Notes: generated from the letters alone by a model not told the origin. A DNA stretch of 32,000 bases from Candidatus Saganbacteria bacterium (GCA_026387835.1 JAPLKZ010000010.1:176379-208378), one strand, 5' to 3'; shown: positions 9,735 to 19,544, counted from the first letter of the stretch. Translations and numbers: made by a program.

Positions 9735-10757
9735 TCACAGGAAAGAGGCGAAATGCGCTTTTGTTTCTTCTAAGCTGTCGCCTCCGAATTTCTCGAGGAA
9801 AACACCCGCGATGACCATTGCAGCGGCGTTTTCTGCGATAACCGCGGCGGAATGGACTGCGCATACGTCCGACCTTTCAAAATGCGCCTCGCAGCTCTTT
9901 TTCGTGGCAAGATCTACCGATCTGAGCGGCTTTTTCAATGTGGCGATCGGCTTCATGGCGGCCCTTAATATCACCGGCTCCCCATTGGACATCCCGCCTT
10001 CTATGCCGCCCGCGTTATTTGAAGAATGGAATATCTTCCCGTTCTTTATCATTATCTCATCATGGACCTCTGACCCAAACCTGTTCGCCACGCCGAATCC
10101 CATGCCTATATCGACACCCTTTATCGCCTGTATGCTCATTATGGACTGCGCCAGAAGCCCGTCGAGCTTCCTGTCCCATTGGACGTGGCTGCCAAGTCCT
10201 GCAGGGAGACCTGTTATCCTGACCTCGAAGATGCCTCCTAGGCTATCGCCTTCTTTTCTCGCTTTTTCAACAAGATCTTTCCATTCGTTCTGTTTCAATA
10301 GGCCTCCTAGGGCTATTACGTCGCTTTCTATCTTTATCTTGAACTCCGACAGGAGTTTCCTGGCAATCGCTCCTGCAGCGACCCTGGCCGCTGTCTCGCG
10401 CGCGCTGGCTCTTTCAAGAATATTTCGGAGATCCTTCTGATTGTATTTGATCGAACCCGCCAGATCGGCATGCCCAGGCCGCGGCCTTGTCAAAAGAGCT
10501 GCCCTGTCGGATGAATCCGCGTTCTCTATCAAAATGCATATCGGACTTCCGATGGTATGTCCTTTTCTTACGCCCGAAAGTATCTGCGCCGAGTCCTTTT
10601 CGATCTTCATCCGCTCCGACCTTCCGATTCCGCCCTGTCTTCTTAAAAGCTCGGTATTAATATCATCTTCATTCAGCGCCATATTAGCGACCATACCTTC
10701 GAGGATGGCGGTAAGGGCTTTCCCGTGAGATTCGCCTGCGGTTAAAAACCTTAACAT
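9735..10757 (-). CDS. aroC: Chorismate synthase
   Basis: MLRFLTAGESHGKALTAILEGM, GGIGRSERM, RPGHADLAG, RASARETAARVAAGAIARKLL. Confidence 0.98.
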   Translation of the reverse strand: MLRFLTAGESHGKALTAILEGMVANMALNEDDINTELLRRQGGIGRSERMKIEKDSAQILSGVRKGHTIGSPICILIENADSSDRAALLTRPRPGHADLAGSIKYNQKDLRNILERASARETAARVAAGAIARKLLSEFKIKIESDVIALGGLLKQNEWKDLVEKARKEGDSLGGIFEVRITGLPAGLGSHVQWDRKLDGLLAQSIMSIQAIKGVDIGMGFGVANRFGSEVHDEIMIKNGKIFHSSNNAGGIEGGMSNGEPVILRAAMKPIATLKKPLRSVDLATKKSCEAHFERSDVCAVHSAAVIAENAAAMVIAGVFLEKFGGDSLEETKAHFASFL

Positions 10758-10772
10758 AGTAGAAAAATTATA

Positions 10773-11615
10773 TCACTCATTCAGGGAAGCGACAACTTCA
10801 TTTATGACCCAGTCCGGGGTGGACGCGCCGGCCGTGACGCCGACCGCTATTTTACCTTTTAACCATTCCATGTCAAGTTCTTTCGAGTCCTGTATCTGAT
10901 GCGTCGGAGTGCCCGTCTCCTCGCAGAGTTCCTTGAGCCGCTTTGTGTTCGCGCTCTTCTTGTCGCCGATCACGAGCATGATATCGGACTTTTTCGCGAG
11001 TTCCACGGCGTCGCTTTGCATTTTTTTTGTGGCATCGCATATCGTATTAAGGACCTTGAGGTCTTTGATTTTTTTTCTTAATGCTTCCGCCACCGCGTTG
11101 AAGTTATCAAAGGATTGTGTCGTCTGCGCAACTATGCCGACCTTATTAGACAGGACGGACCCTACGATATTTCCTTCATTTTCTATCACGATAGAACCCT
11201 TTCCCGCCCATTCTGCTATCCCTTTGATTTCCGTGTGGTTTTTATCGCCGACTATTATTACCTGATATCCTTCCTGCGCCAACTTGTGGGCCGTATCCTG
11301 CGCTTTTCTGACCCATGGGCACGTTGTATCGATTATTTTAAGTCCCGTTTTTTTCGCTTCTTCCAATGTTTTCGGCCCTACACCATGAGAAGAAATTATC
11401 AGTGAGCCGGAAGAACCTTCGGGGATCTCCGAAAGAGATATGACGCTCTTTATGCCGAGGCCCTCAAGTTTTTTTATGACTAAAGAATTGTGGACAAGAA
11501 GTCCGAGAATGTAAACAGTGCCGCCGTTCTTTACAGCCTCAAGCGCGGTCCTGTAAGCCCGGTCGACCCCGGTGCAAAATCCGATGTGACGCGCGGTTTC
11601 TATTTTCCTGACCAA
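10773..11615 (-). CDS. ispH: 4-hydroxy-3-methylbut-2-enyl diphosphate reductase
   Basis: ARHIGFCTGVDRAYRTA, ISSHGVGP, DTTCPWVRKAQDTA, GVTAGASTPDWVI. Confidence 0.96.
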   Translation of the reverse strand: MVRKIETARHIGFCTGVDRAYRTALEAVKNGGTVYILGLLVHNSLVIKKLEGLGIKSVISLSEIPEGSSGSLIISSHGVGPKTLEEAKKTGLKIIDTTCPWVRKAQDTAHKLAQEGYQVIIVGDKNHTEIKGIAEWAGKGSIVIENEGNIVGSVLSNKVGIVAQTTQSFDNFNAVAEALRKKIKDLKVLNTICDATKKMQSDAVELAKKSDIMLVIGDKKSANTKRLKELCEETGTPTHQIQDSKELDMEWLKGKIAVGVTAGASTPDWVINEVVASLNE

Positions 11616-12372
11616 TTTGCTCCTCGCTTCTTATCTCCTCAGCAAAATTCTCCGGAAATATTATAGTGAAAGTGGTCCCTTTACCCTCTTCGCTGTCCAC
11701 ATCGATCAATCCATTATGTGATTCTACTATACCATGCACTATAGTCAACCCCAAACCCGTACCTCCATACCGCAAAGAGAAAAATGGGTCAAATATCTTT
11801 GAAAGATGTTCGTTGGGGATCCCGCGGCCGGTATCCGCCACGGTGATAACGACGCTTTTCCCTGGCAGATGACTTTTCGAGGTTTTTCTGGCAGTAATAT
11901 TCAGCTGTCCGCCTTTTGCCATCGAACTTATCGCGTTCTGCATCAGATTTAAAAAGACCTGGAATATCTGCTGTGCATCAGCCTGGATCACAATATCTTC
12001 CTGAGGAGCAAATACCGCATTTATCTTATGCTCCTTAATGCTCCCTGCAAAGAAAAACAAAGCCTCTTTGATCAGTGCGTTTATATCGGCCGCTTCAATG
12101 CTCTGCTTCTTTGTGCGGGCATGGCTGAGCATTCCTTCGATTATCCTGTCGATCCTGCTTATTTCCACGGACATTATCTCGGTATATTTTTTCTTGAACT
12201 CCGGATCCTCGATCTTTTTTATCGCTAATTGAGACATGACTTTTATGGAAGCCAAAGGATTTTTGATCTCGTGAGCCATTCCGGCGGCCATTGTCCCGAG
12301 AGCTGCCAGCTTATCAGCCTGCCTCACCATTTTTTCGAGGCTTTTTATTTTTGAAGATTTGTCCATTGCCAC
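11539..12372 (-). CDS. Cytosolic histidine kinase without recognisable sensor domain
   Basis: H-box GMAHEIKNPLASI, N-box NLMQNAISSM, G-boxes VADTGRGIP and GTGLGLTIVHGI; no TM or PAS segment. Confidence 0.92.
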   Translation of the reverse strand: MAMDKSSKIKSLEKMVRQADKLAALGTMAAGMAHEIKNPLASIKVMSQLAIKKIEDPEFKKKYTEIMSVEISRIDRIIEGMLSHARTKKQSIEAADINALIKEALFFFAGSIKEHKINAVFAPQEDIVIQADAQQIFQVFLNLMQNAISSMAKGGQLNITARKTSKSHLPGKSVVITVADTGRGIPNEHLSKIFDPFFSLRYGGTGLGLTIVHGIVESHNGLIDVDSEEGKGTTFTIIFPENFAEEIRSEEQIGQENRNRASHRILHRGRPGLQDRA

Positions 12373-12440
12373 TTGTTTCTCGACCGGTATTTTTTAAAAT
12401 TTCACTTTTTTTGGATAATTTGGCAGATTGCTAAATTTAC

Positions 12441-13610
12441 CTATTTGAAAGATATATTGTTTTGCCGCATCCTGGCGATAGCTTGTTCGATCCTTTTCTC
12501 TTCCGCGGTTATGCAGACCCTTACGTATCCTTCGCCGCAACTGCCGTACCCGCTGCCTGGCACAATAAGCACCCCGCATTTTTCAAGAAGAATAGAGCAG
12601 AACTTTTCGCTTGTGAGACCGGCCGGTACAGGCGCCCATACATAGAACGTTGCTTTTGTATAAGGAAGTTCCCAGCCCAAAGAGTTCAATCCGTCAATAA
12701 GGACTTTCATTCTTTTTTCGTATGCCAGGTTCATTTTTTTTGTAAATTCATCGCTGCCGGACAAAGCCCGGACCGCGGCTTTCTGCACAGCCTTAAAAAC
12801 GCCGGAATCGATATTGGTCTTTACTATCGCGAGAGCTTTTATCACATCGGCGTTCCCTGCGGCCATCCCGATCCTCCAGCCGGTCATGTTATAAGTTTTT
12901 GAGAGCGAATGGAACTCTATTGCGATCTCTTTTGCGCCATGTATCTCGAGGATGCTCTGGGCCCTGTATCCGGAAAAGGTCACTTCCGAATACGCGAGGT
13001 CGCTGCAAAGGACGATATCATTGTTTTTGCAGAATTTCACCGCTTCCTTTAAAAATGATTCCGGGGCCACGGCCGATGTCGGATTGTTCGGATAATTGAT
13101 GAACATCAGTTTTGTTTTTTTTGCAATATCGGACGGTATCACTTTCAGGTCGGGAATAAAATTGTTTTCTTTTGTCAGCGGCATATAATACGGCTCGCCT
13201 CCTGCGAGAAGAGTGCACATCTTGTATACGGGATAAGAAGGATCGGGGATCAGAGAGATATCGCCCGGATCGAGCAAGGCGAACATTATATGGGCTATCC
13301 CCTCTTTTGAACCTATCAGCGACATCACTTCCCTGTCAGGGTCAAGCTCGACATTGAACCTTCTTTTGTACCAGCTCGCAACTTCCGACCTGAACTCCTT
13401 AATGCCCTCATACGGAGGGTAATTATGCGTCGACGGATCCTTCAACGCTTCATTTAAAGCATCGATTATGTACTGAGGGGTCGGCTGGTCAGGGTCGCCG
13501 ACGCTCAGATCGATGATATCCGCTCCCTTTGCCTGCGCTTTAGATTTCTTTTTATCTATCTCCGCGAAGAGGTATTTAGGGATTTTAGAGATCCTGTTGG
13601 TTTTCTTCAT
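12441..13610 (-). CDS. dapL: LL-diaminopimelate aminotransferase / class I-II PLP aminotransferase
   Basis: DLSVGDPDQPTP, HNYPPYEGIKEFR, LSKTYNMTGWRIG (PLP lysine). ORF extends to 13631; internal Met start MKKTNRISKIPKYLF near 13610 preferred. Confidence 0.85.
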   Translation of the reverse strand: MKKTNRISKIPKYLFAEIDKKKSKAQAKGADIIDLSVGDPDQPTPQYIIDALNEALKDPSTHNYPPYEGIKEFRSEVASWYKRRFNVELDPDREVMSLIGSKEGIAHIMFALLDPGDISLIPDPSYPVYKMCTLLAGGEPYYMPLTKENNFIPDLKVIPSDIAKKTKLMFINYPNNPTSAVAPESFLKEAVKFCKNNDIVLCSDLAYSEVTFSGYRAQSILEIHGAKEIAIEFHSLSKTYNMTGWRIGMAAGNADVIKALAIVKTNIDSGVFKAVQKAAVRALSGSDEFTKKMNLAYEKRMKVLIDGLNSLGWELPYTKATFYVWAPVPAGLTSEKFCSILLEKCGVLIVPGSGYGSCGEGYVRVCITAEEKRIEQAIARMRQNNISFK

Positions 13611-13671
13611 AGTATAAGAATTATAACGCATTTATAAAAGAAATGAAATTTCAGAAAAATACTGCCGATAT

Positions 13672-15207
13672 ATGTTCGATTACTTATATCTATTTAAGGA
13701 AAACTATATGATCAGAAGTACAAGCAATTCGCATTCAAGGATAAAGATAGACCCTCAACTGATAAGGAGAGCGATTGCCTTGACATTACCAAACAGGCCC
13801 GGGACAATTCCTCTTCCAGGCTATATTGGCAGGCCGGGAATGGTCCTTATGTCAGATTCTCACGGCGAAATTGAAAGCGTACTTAGTATCTCTGCGGCTC
13901 TGCCGTCCAGCATAAGATTCGCGATAGATCTCGGCGACAAGGTCGACCACGGGCCTGACCCGATAGGCACTAACTTTGTTCTTCAGACAATGCGGATAAA
14001 AAGAGTATTGGGAAATCATGACGGAATGTGGATAGACGCCGGTCTCGGCATACCCTCCCAATCAATAGAACTAATAAGATGGCTTATGAGGTATAACGAG
14101 ATCAAATTTTTGACCTCGGATCTCGGCATAATATTAAACCCGCTCAAGGACTATGCCGAAAAATATTTCCCCGCGGGTTCGCACAGGATCGAAACAAAGT
14201 CAAAAGAGTCTCCTGTCATGGAAGCCGCAGCCACATATCTCAAGATAATCGCCGAGGCTCCTATAAGGTTCCCCGAACATGCGGGGACACGGTTAAACGA
14301 ATCTGACCTCAGGGTGCGCAGGGCTTTATTTTTTAAATCGGGCTTCGACGCATTGCGTGGACCGGAAAAGGAGATCTTCGGCCGCCTAACGGGGCCCGAA
14401 CGTCTCTTAAAAGCCGACTCGGATTATTTTTACCGCCTGATCGGAGGCTTAAAAACATTTACGGAAGAAGAACAGACTGTGATGGACCATTGCGCAAGTG
14501 AATTCAGGAACAACGAGGTATTTTATGATTTTGTCCGCTGGATGGTCGGAGAAGGCGACATCCATCTGACCTTCAGGCCTTACCAGGGATATCCCTGCGG
14601 TATTATCGCCACTCACGCGACGATACCCCTTGACGAAAACGGGGATTTCAAGCCTTTCTTCGGAAAAACAGGAAGGGCCGTCATGCTCGAAATAAAAGAA
14701 CGGATCCAGATAGCGATGGAAGCGTGGAGGCATGTCGTGCAGCACGGCGACACGACCATGATGGAGCTTCATCAGGAAAAGATAAACTCGCTGGCTTATC
14801 TTCCGTGGACCGCAGGGTCACCAATATACGGAAGGCAGATGCAGACCGCGGCCAGAGCCGTGCTTCCGGAATCCTCCGGCACATGGGAAGAGCCGAAAGA
14901 GCCGTTCTTTACCCATTTTGAAAAATACACGGAGCCTCAGGATACTGACAAGACAAGAAGATTGATAGCCGGATCTTTCGGGATACCTGACCATAACAAT
15001 TTTGTCATTGTAAGGGGCCACGAACCCAGCAAGGACGGGTCATTCCAGGTCCTTGCCGGAGGGTTCGTGATAAACATCGACGGCGGCCTTGCGGCAAAAT
15101 ACGGGAGAAAAGGCGGAGCTTTGGTATTCGGGGACAGAGGAGCCGCATGGCTTTCGTATCCGGGCCTGGAATATTCACGGGTCCCTCTGCCCATGGAAAG
15201 ACATTAG
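13672..15207 (+). CDS. fbp: Divergent, short class III fructose-1,6-bisphosphatase (metallophosphoesterase fold)
   Basis: Colinear motifs with Bacillus subtilis Fbp: SDSHGE, GDKVDHGPDP, GNHDGMWIDAG, LGIILNPLKDYAEKYF, ATHATIPLDENGD, LPWTAGSPIYGR, VRGHEP, FVINIDGGLAAKY. True start may be at an internal Met (MIRSTSN...). Confidence 0.8.
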   Translation: MFDYLYLFKENYMIRSTSNSHSRIKIDPQLIRRAIALTLPNRPGTIPLPGYIGRPGMVLMSDSHGEIESVLSISAALPSSIRFAIDLGDKVDHGPDPIGTNFVLQTMRIKRVLGNHDGMWIDAGLGIPSQSIELIRWLMRYNEIKFLTSDLGIILNPLKDYAEKYFPAGSHRIETKSKESPVMEAAATYLKIIAEAPIRFPEHAGTRLNESDLRVRRALFFKSGFDALRGPEKEIFGRLTGPERLLKADSDYFYRLIGGLKTFTEEEQTVMDHCASEFRNNEVFYDFVRWMVGEGDIHLTFRPYQGYPCGIIATHATIPLDENGDFKPFFGKTGRAVMLEIKERIQIAMEAWRHVVQHGDTTMMELHQEKINSLAYLPWTAGSPIYGRQMQTAARAVLPESSGTWEEPKEPFFTHFEKYTEPQDTDKTRRLIAGSFGIPDHNNFVIVRGHEPSKDGSFQVLAGGFVINIDGGLAAKYGRKGGALVFGDRGAAWLSYPGLEYSRVPLPMERH

Positions 15208-15246
15208 GTATTCAAACAATAGATTCAAAACCTGCTATGACGGGAT

Positions 15247-16059
15247 TCACTTTAAAGAATAGACGCCTTCAAAGACTTTTTCTGCCGGCCCTCTCATGAT
15301 GACATGGCTGTCATCCGCCCATTCGATATTAAGAGCCCCTCCGGGAAGATGGACCGTGACCTTTTTGTCGGTCAAATCGTTTGACGCGGCCGCAACTGCC
15401 GCAGCGCACGCGCCGGTACCGCATGCAAGCGTCTCCCCCGCGCCTCTTTCCCAGACTTTCAGTTCTATTTCTTTTTTGTTGATCACTTTTGCGAATTCGA
15501 CATTTGTCCTGCCAGGGAACTGAGGAAGGTTCTCGATGATCGGGCCGATCTTTGAGATCTCGATATTTTCGATGTTATCCGCAAATATGACGCAATGCGG
15601 ATTCCCCATCGAAACTTTGTTTATTTTATATTTTATCCCCTCGATGATCAGCTGTTCCTGCAGAGCGATTATTTCCGGAACACCCATGTCCACTTCGACG
15701 CCGATGAAATCTCCGTTCTCGACTATAACCGCAGGGATCTTTATGCCAGCAAGGGTCTCGACGGATATCACTTCTTTTTTATCTTCGCTTTTTTCCCAGA
15801 CGTACCTGGCAAAACAGCGGATACCGTTCCCGCACATCTCAGCTTCACTCCCGTCGGGGTTTATGACCCTCATTTTGAAATTTGCCTTGACCGAGGGAAG
15901 GACCAATATCACTCCGTCAGCCCCCGCGCCGTAATGCCTGTCACAGATCTCTTTGGAGAAACTCGCCAGATCGATACCGTTCATGTCCTGCGCCCCTGCA
16001 TCGACCAGTACAAAATCGTTGCCCGTGCCCTGCATTTTTACAAACTGTATGTCGCGCAT
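15247..16059 (-). CDS. dapF: Diaminopimelate epimerase
   Basis: FVKMQGTGNDFVLVD, NPDGSEAEMCGNGIRCFARY, GAGETLACGTGACAAAVAA. Confidence 0.98.
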   Translation of the reverse strand: MRDIQFVKMQGTGNDFVLVDAGAQDMNGIDLASFSKEICDRHYGAGADGVILVLPSVKANFKMRVINPDGSEAEMCGNGIRCFARYVWEKSEDKKEVISVETLAGIKIPAVIVENGDFIGVEVDMGVPEIIALQEQLIIEGIKYKINKVSMGNPHCVIFADNIENIEISKIGPIIENLPQFPGRTNVEFAKVINKKEIELKVWERGAGETLACGTGACAAAVAAASNDLTDKKVTVHLPGGALNIEWADDSHVIMRGPAEKVFEGVYSLK

Positions 16060-16418
16060 GTCACCTCCGATTCCCAGACCGTAGTTTTTGCCACCTTGAG
16101 GCCTGACGGCAATTTATTCTTCCCCGATTTTTTATTGAACGACCCGTATATTATTTTCGCGATGTTTTCGGCGGTCGGATTTATTTTTTTAAATATTTTG
16201 AGATCGTTCAGATTTTTGTGATCAAAAATATCAGTTGTACCTTTTAATATCGCCTTAGCCTTTTTAAAATCGAAGAGCATCCCAAGCTTATTGAGGTTTT
16301 TTCCGACAATAAGCACACTGACTTTCCATGTATGGCCGTGAAGGTTCTCGCAGGGTCCTTCATACCCTATAAGCTGGTGGGCCGCTGAAAATGTATCTTC
16401 GATCATTATTTCAAACAT
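16038..16418 (-). CDS. queD: 6-pyruvoyl tetrahydropterin synthase/QueD family protein
   Basis: DTFSAAHQLIGYEGPCENLHGHTWKV (CxxxHGH), MLFDFKKAK, DHKNLND, PTAENIA. Confidence 0.9.
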   Translation of the reverse strand: MFEIMIEDTFSAAHQLIGYEGPCENLHGHTWKVSVLIVGKNLNKLGMLFDFKKAKAILKGTTDIFDHKNLNDLKIFKKINPTAENIAKIIYGSFNKKSGKNKLPSGLKVAKTTVWESEVTCATYSL

Positions 16419-17346
16419 TTGCCGCCTGCCTTAAATAGCCGCGCTTCCCCGATTTTGGAAGGGCTATTTGTTTGACATTTTGGAGCGGTCTTCCCAGAAG
16501 CCTGCTCCCCAGGTCCTGGAACTGTACCGCGCTGCCGCTTACAAAATATTTATGGTTCACTTTTGTCCCGGCCGACACTCTTGAAGCCGCAAGCCCCTTG
16601 GAAACAAGGATGCTCTTTGCCTGTGAAACTGCCTCCTCCGCCGGATCAATAAATTTTATTTTTATGCCGGTTATCTCCCTGAGTATCTTTGTCAGGTGCG
16701 GATAGTGGGTACAGCCGAGCACAAGCGTATCAATGCCTGATTTCAGCATCGGTTTCAGATACTGCAAAGCGACCCTTTTTGTCTCATCAGCCTCGATGAA
16801 CCCTCCTTCTATCAGGGGCACGAACAAAGGGCATGCTGCCGCGAATACATCAGCATCCTTTTTTATTTTTCTGATCGCCCTCTGGTAGGCGCTTGAATCG
16901 ATCGTAGCCTGCGTAGCTATTATACCTATCCGGCCTTTTCCCGTCTCCCGTACAGCTGCGGCAGCGCCGGGTTCTATCAAAGAGACAGTCGGTATCTTGT
17001 AATGATCTTTTACGATCGGATAAGCGACCGAGGAAGATGTACCGCATGCCATGATCACAAGCTTGACACCCTGCGATACCAGAAAATTGAGTATCTCGTA
17101 ATTAAACTTTACGATCTCCTGCGGTGACCTGCCCCCGTACGGAAGGCGCGCCGTGTCAGCAAAATATATCACATCCTCCGAAGGCATCTGTTTGATAACC
17201 TCCTTCAGTACGCTCAACCCGCCGACCCCTGAATCGAACATGCCTATCGGAGACGAAGCAGTTATCTTTGCCTGCGACTGCCCCTCGCCTGCATTGGGAA
17301 CTATCCTGTCATGCGCGATAGATTTTGCCACGCTTACTTCTGTCAT
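16411..17346 (-). CDS. murI: Glutamate racemase
   Basis: IGMFDSGVGGLSVLKEVIKQMP, YFADTARLPYGGRS, MACGTSSS, LVLGCTHYPHL. Confidence 0.97.
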   Translation of the reverse strand: MTEVSVAKSIAHDRIVPNAGEGQSQAKITASSPIGMFDSGVGGLSVLKEVIKQMPSEDVIYFADTARLPYGGRSPQEIVKFNYEILNFLVSQGVKLVIMACGTSSSVAYPIVKDHYKIPTVSLIEPGAAAAVRETGKGRIGIIATQATIDSSAYQRAIRKIKKDADVFAAACPLFVPLIEGGFIEADETKRVALQYLKPMLKSGIDTLVLGCTHYPHLTKILREITGIKIKFIDPAEEAVSQAKSILVSKGLAASRVSAGTKVNHKYFVSGSAVQFQDLGSRLLGRPLQNVKQIALPKSGKRGYLRQAANV

Positions 17347-17368
17347 AAGACCCCTTCTGTCTTGAATT

Positions 17369-19531
17369 CTATCCTATTTTTTTCAATACTTCAAAATACT
17401 GTTTTATACCGTCGAATATAGCTTTTGCCACCTTTTCCTGGAAATCAGCGTCAGTTGCCAGCCTTTCCTCGTCAGAGTTGCTCAAATAAACCGGCTCCAC
17501 CAGAACTGAAGGCATCGGAGAATTGTAAATAACATAGAATTTCACTTGCGCAAGACCTCTGTCCTGTCGTCCAAGCTCAGAAACTATGTCCCTGTGGATG
17601 AGCGAGGCCAGGAGCTTGCTGTTCGGATTGTAATAATAAGTCTCGGTGCCTGAGATGTCGCTTCTAAAAGAAGAGTTGTAATGCATGCAGATCAGTATAT
17701 CGGCTTTGTTGTTCCTTGCAAATTCCACTCTGCCGGCAAGGCTTATCTCGGCATCTTCTTCTCTTGACAAAAAGGGAACGGCTCCTGCATCCGACAGCAT
17801 CCTTATAAGCTTTTTTGCCGTTGCCAGGTTGAGGTCCTTTTCTTTTACACGGTCTCCCGAAGCTCCGAACGCGCCGGGATCCGAACCGCCGTGTCCGGGA
17901 TCGATAACTATCACTTTACCCCTAAGGATCTTTTCTTTCTTCAATTTTGCAGGTCTTGCCTCCTGAGGTGCGGAGATGTCCCCCTTTTCTACTCCCAGAG
18001 AAAAATATCTGTTGTCATCCGAAAGAACAGCGTTGAACGCCTGTTCTTTTGCAAGGTCAACGACCACTCTTGAGACAACAGGGTCTGTTTTGAACTGGCT
18101 CGCGCGTACTCTCAATACCCCGCCTTTTCCTATTTCGATGTGGTTAGGCCCCGCGTATATCGCTTCGGGGATATCTATTATTATCCTTTCCGGATCGGAC
18201 AACCGTCTCGTCTCAAAAAGCACCGGTTTTGTTGAAGCTATCTTGATCTTTACCGATTCCGATTCTTCCGTAAATGTCACCGCTGTCACCATCGGAGGAA
18301 AGCTTATGATAATTTGTTTATCGTTTTGCATTATTCTTGACGCCTGTTTTTCCTCTAAATATATTCCAACCTTGATGTCGCCGCCCGACTGGAAGGATTT
18401 TATTCCCTTTATCCCGTCTTCTTTTACCGAGATTTTTTCCGTATCAACATCTAATATGAAATTGGGTATCTTCAAGACAAATATCATCGGCCGGTCTTTT
18501 TCCTCTGTTTCAAAAGTCGGGACCTTTGAGCTTGCGGTCATCAGGACGGATTTTGTCCCGCCTACATCTTCCCATGAGATCTTTGTTATCCTCGGGGAAA
18601 TATATAAGGCCTTTGCGCCTTTATCCCATACCGCCCCGAGTCCCGCCCATTTTGCTGTCGGTATCAACGGGATAAAAAGCTTTCCGGCTTTTTTCTGAAC
18701 CGCAGCCTGCATCGTACGCTCTTTCCCGTTCACAGTGATGATATTTGAACCTGAGGTCATTCTGACCTCTACTTCGGTGCTCTGTCTCGCCGTAAGTGTT
18801 TTTATCTTTTTGTCAAAAGACGTCTCGAACCCGCAAAAAGAGAGAAAACCTACCGCCGGCACCATCAGGGTATTTTTAACAAATACAGGTTTTCTTCCGA
18901 TGTTCATTTTCTTGCCGTTCACATATACAGAAAAGGTTTTAAGTTTTGCAAATGGAGGAGATTTTATCCTTGAAGAAGGTATAATTTCTTTGCTGTAAGG
19001 TGACAGGCTTATTTCTGTTTTTTCTTCCTCGATCACCGACTCGGGTTTTGATACGGATAATTCAATTGCTTTTCTCCCGCTCGATTCAATAGTTGCCGCC
19101 AGAATATTGGCTGCTTCCGGCGATGGAGATCGTTCGATCACGGAGCTCGAATCTCCCGGATTGCCAAATCTAACTATTATTTTATTCCCGTTGTTTTCAG
19201 TGGCCACTTCATGGGCAACGTTCATTTTCAAGTCCACCACGACCCTCACATTATCGGGATGCACGCTGTTTTGCGCCCACCGTACCGACGATATCCTGTC
19301 GCTCACAACATCAAGGATCTTTTTGCCGCCGTCCCAGAACGTATCTTTGAGGTCGATCACAAGCCTGTCCGGCTCTTTCAATTTGAACATTTTTGGTTCA
19401 ACGGGGGATGAAAGTTCTATAGCTATCGAATCGGAGTTCTTTTTGGAGTCTACGGAAACACCGATCAACTGCCCTGCTGATACTGCGGAAGATATAAAAA
19501 ACAATAGAAAAAATATTAATGGTCTTTTCAT
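17369..19531 (-). CDS. N-acetylmuramoyl-L-alanine amidase with AMIN-like and copper-amine-oxidase-N-like domains
   Basis: Signal peptide; AMIN-like segment (FKLKEPDRLVIDLKDTFW...); CuAO_N-like segment; C-terminal Amidase_3: VIVIDPGHGGSDPGAFG, CMHYNSSFRSDISGTETYYY, MPSVLVEPVYLSN. Confidence 0.9.
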   Translation of the reverse strand: MKRPLIFFLLFFISSAVSAGQLIGVSVDSKKNSDSIAIELSSPVEPKMFKLKEPDRLVIDLKDTFWDGGKKILDVVSDRISSVRWAQNSVHPDNVRVVVDLKMNVAHEVATENNGNKIIVRFGNPGDSSSVIERSPSPEAANILAATIESSGRKAIELSVSKPESVIEEEKTEISLSPYSKEIIPSSRIKSPPFAKLKTFSVYVNGKKMNIGRKPVFVKNTLMVPAVGFLSFCGFETSFDKKIKTLTARQSTEVEVRMTSGSNIITVNGKERTMQAAVQKKAGKLFIPLIPTAKWAGLGAVWDKGAKALYISPRITKISWEDVGGTKSVLMTASSKVPTFETEEKDRPMIFVLKIPNFILDVDTEKISVKEDGIKGIKSFQSGGDIKVGIYLEEKQASRIMQNDKQIIISFPPMVTAVTFTEESESVKIKIASTKPVLFETRRLSDPERIIIDIPEAIYAGPNHIEIGKGGVLRVRASQFKTDPVVSRVVVDLAKEQAFNAVLSDDNRYFSLGVEKGDISAPQEARPAKLKKEKILRGKVIVIDPGHGGSDPGAFGASGDRVKEKDLNLATAKKLIRMLSDAGAVPFLSREEDAEISLAGRVEFARNNKADILICMHYNSSFRSDISGTETYYYNPNSKLLASLIHRDIVSELGRQDRGLAQVKFYVIYNSPMPSVLVEPVYLSNSDEERLATDADFQEKVAKAIFDGIKQYFEVLKKIG

Positions 19532-19544
19532 ATTTTAGTAATAT

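Noticed and set aside
9811-10440. 209-aa plus-strand ORF opposite aroC
   Set aside because: Shadow ORF on the antisense strand of an unambiguous chorismate synthase.
15595-16221. 208-aa plus-strand ORF opposite dapF/queD
   Set aside because: Antisense of two confidently identified genes; composition typical of an out-of-frame translation.
17976-18698. 240-aa plus-strand ORF opposite the amidase
   Set aside because: Antisense of the AMIN/amidase_3 gene, Ser/Thr-rich shadow ORF.
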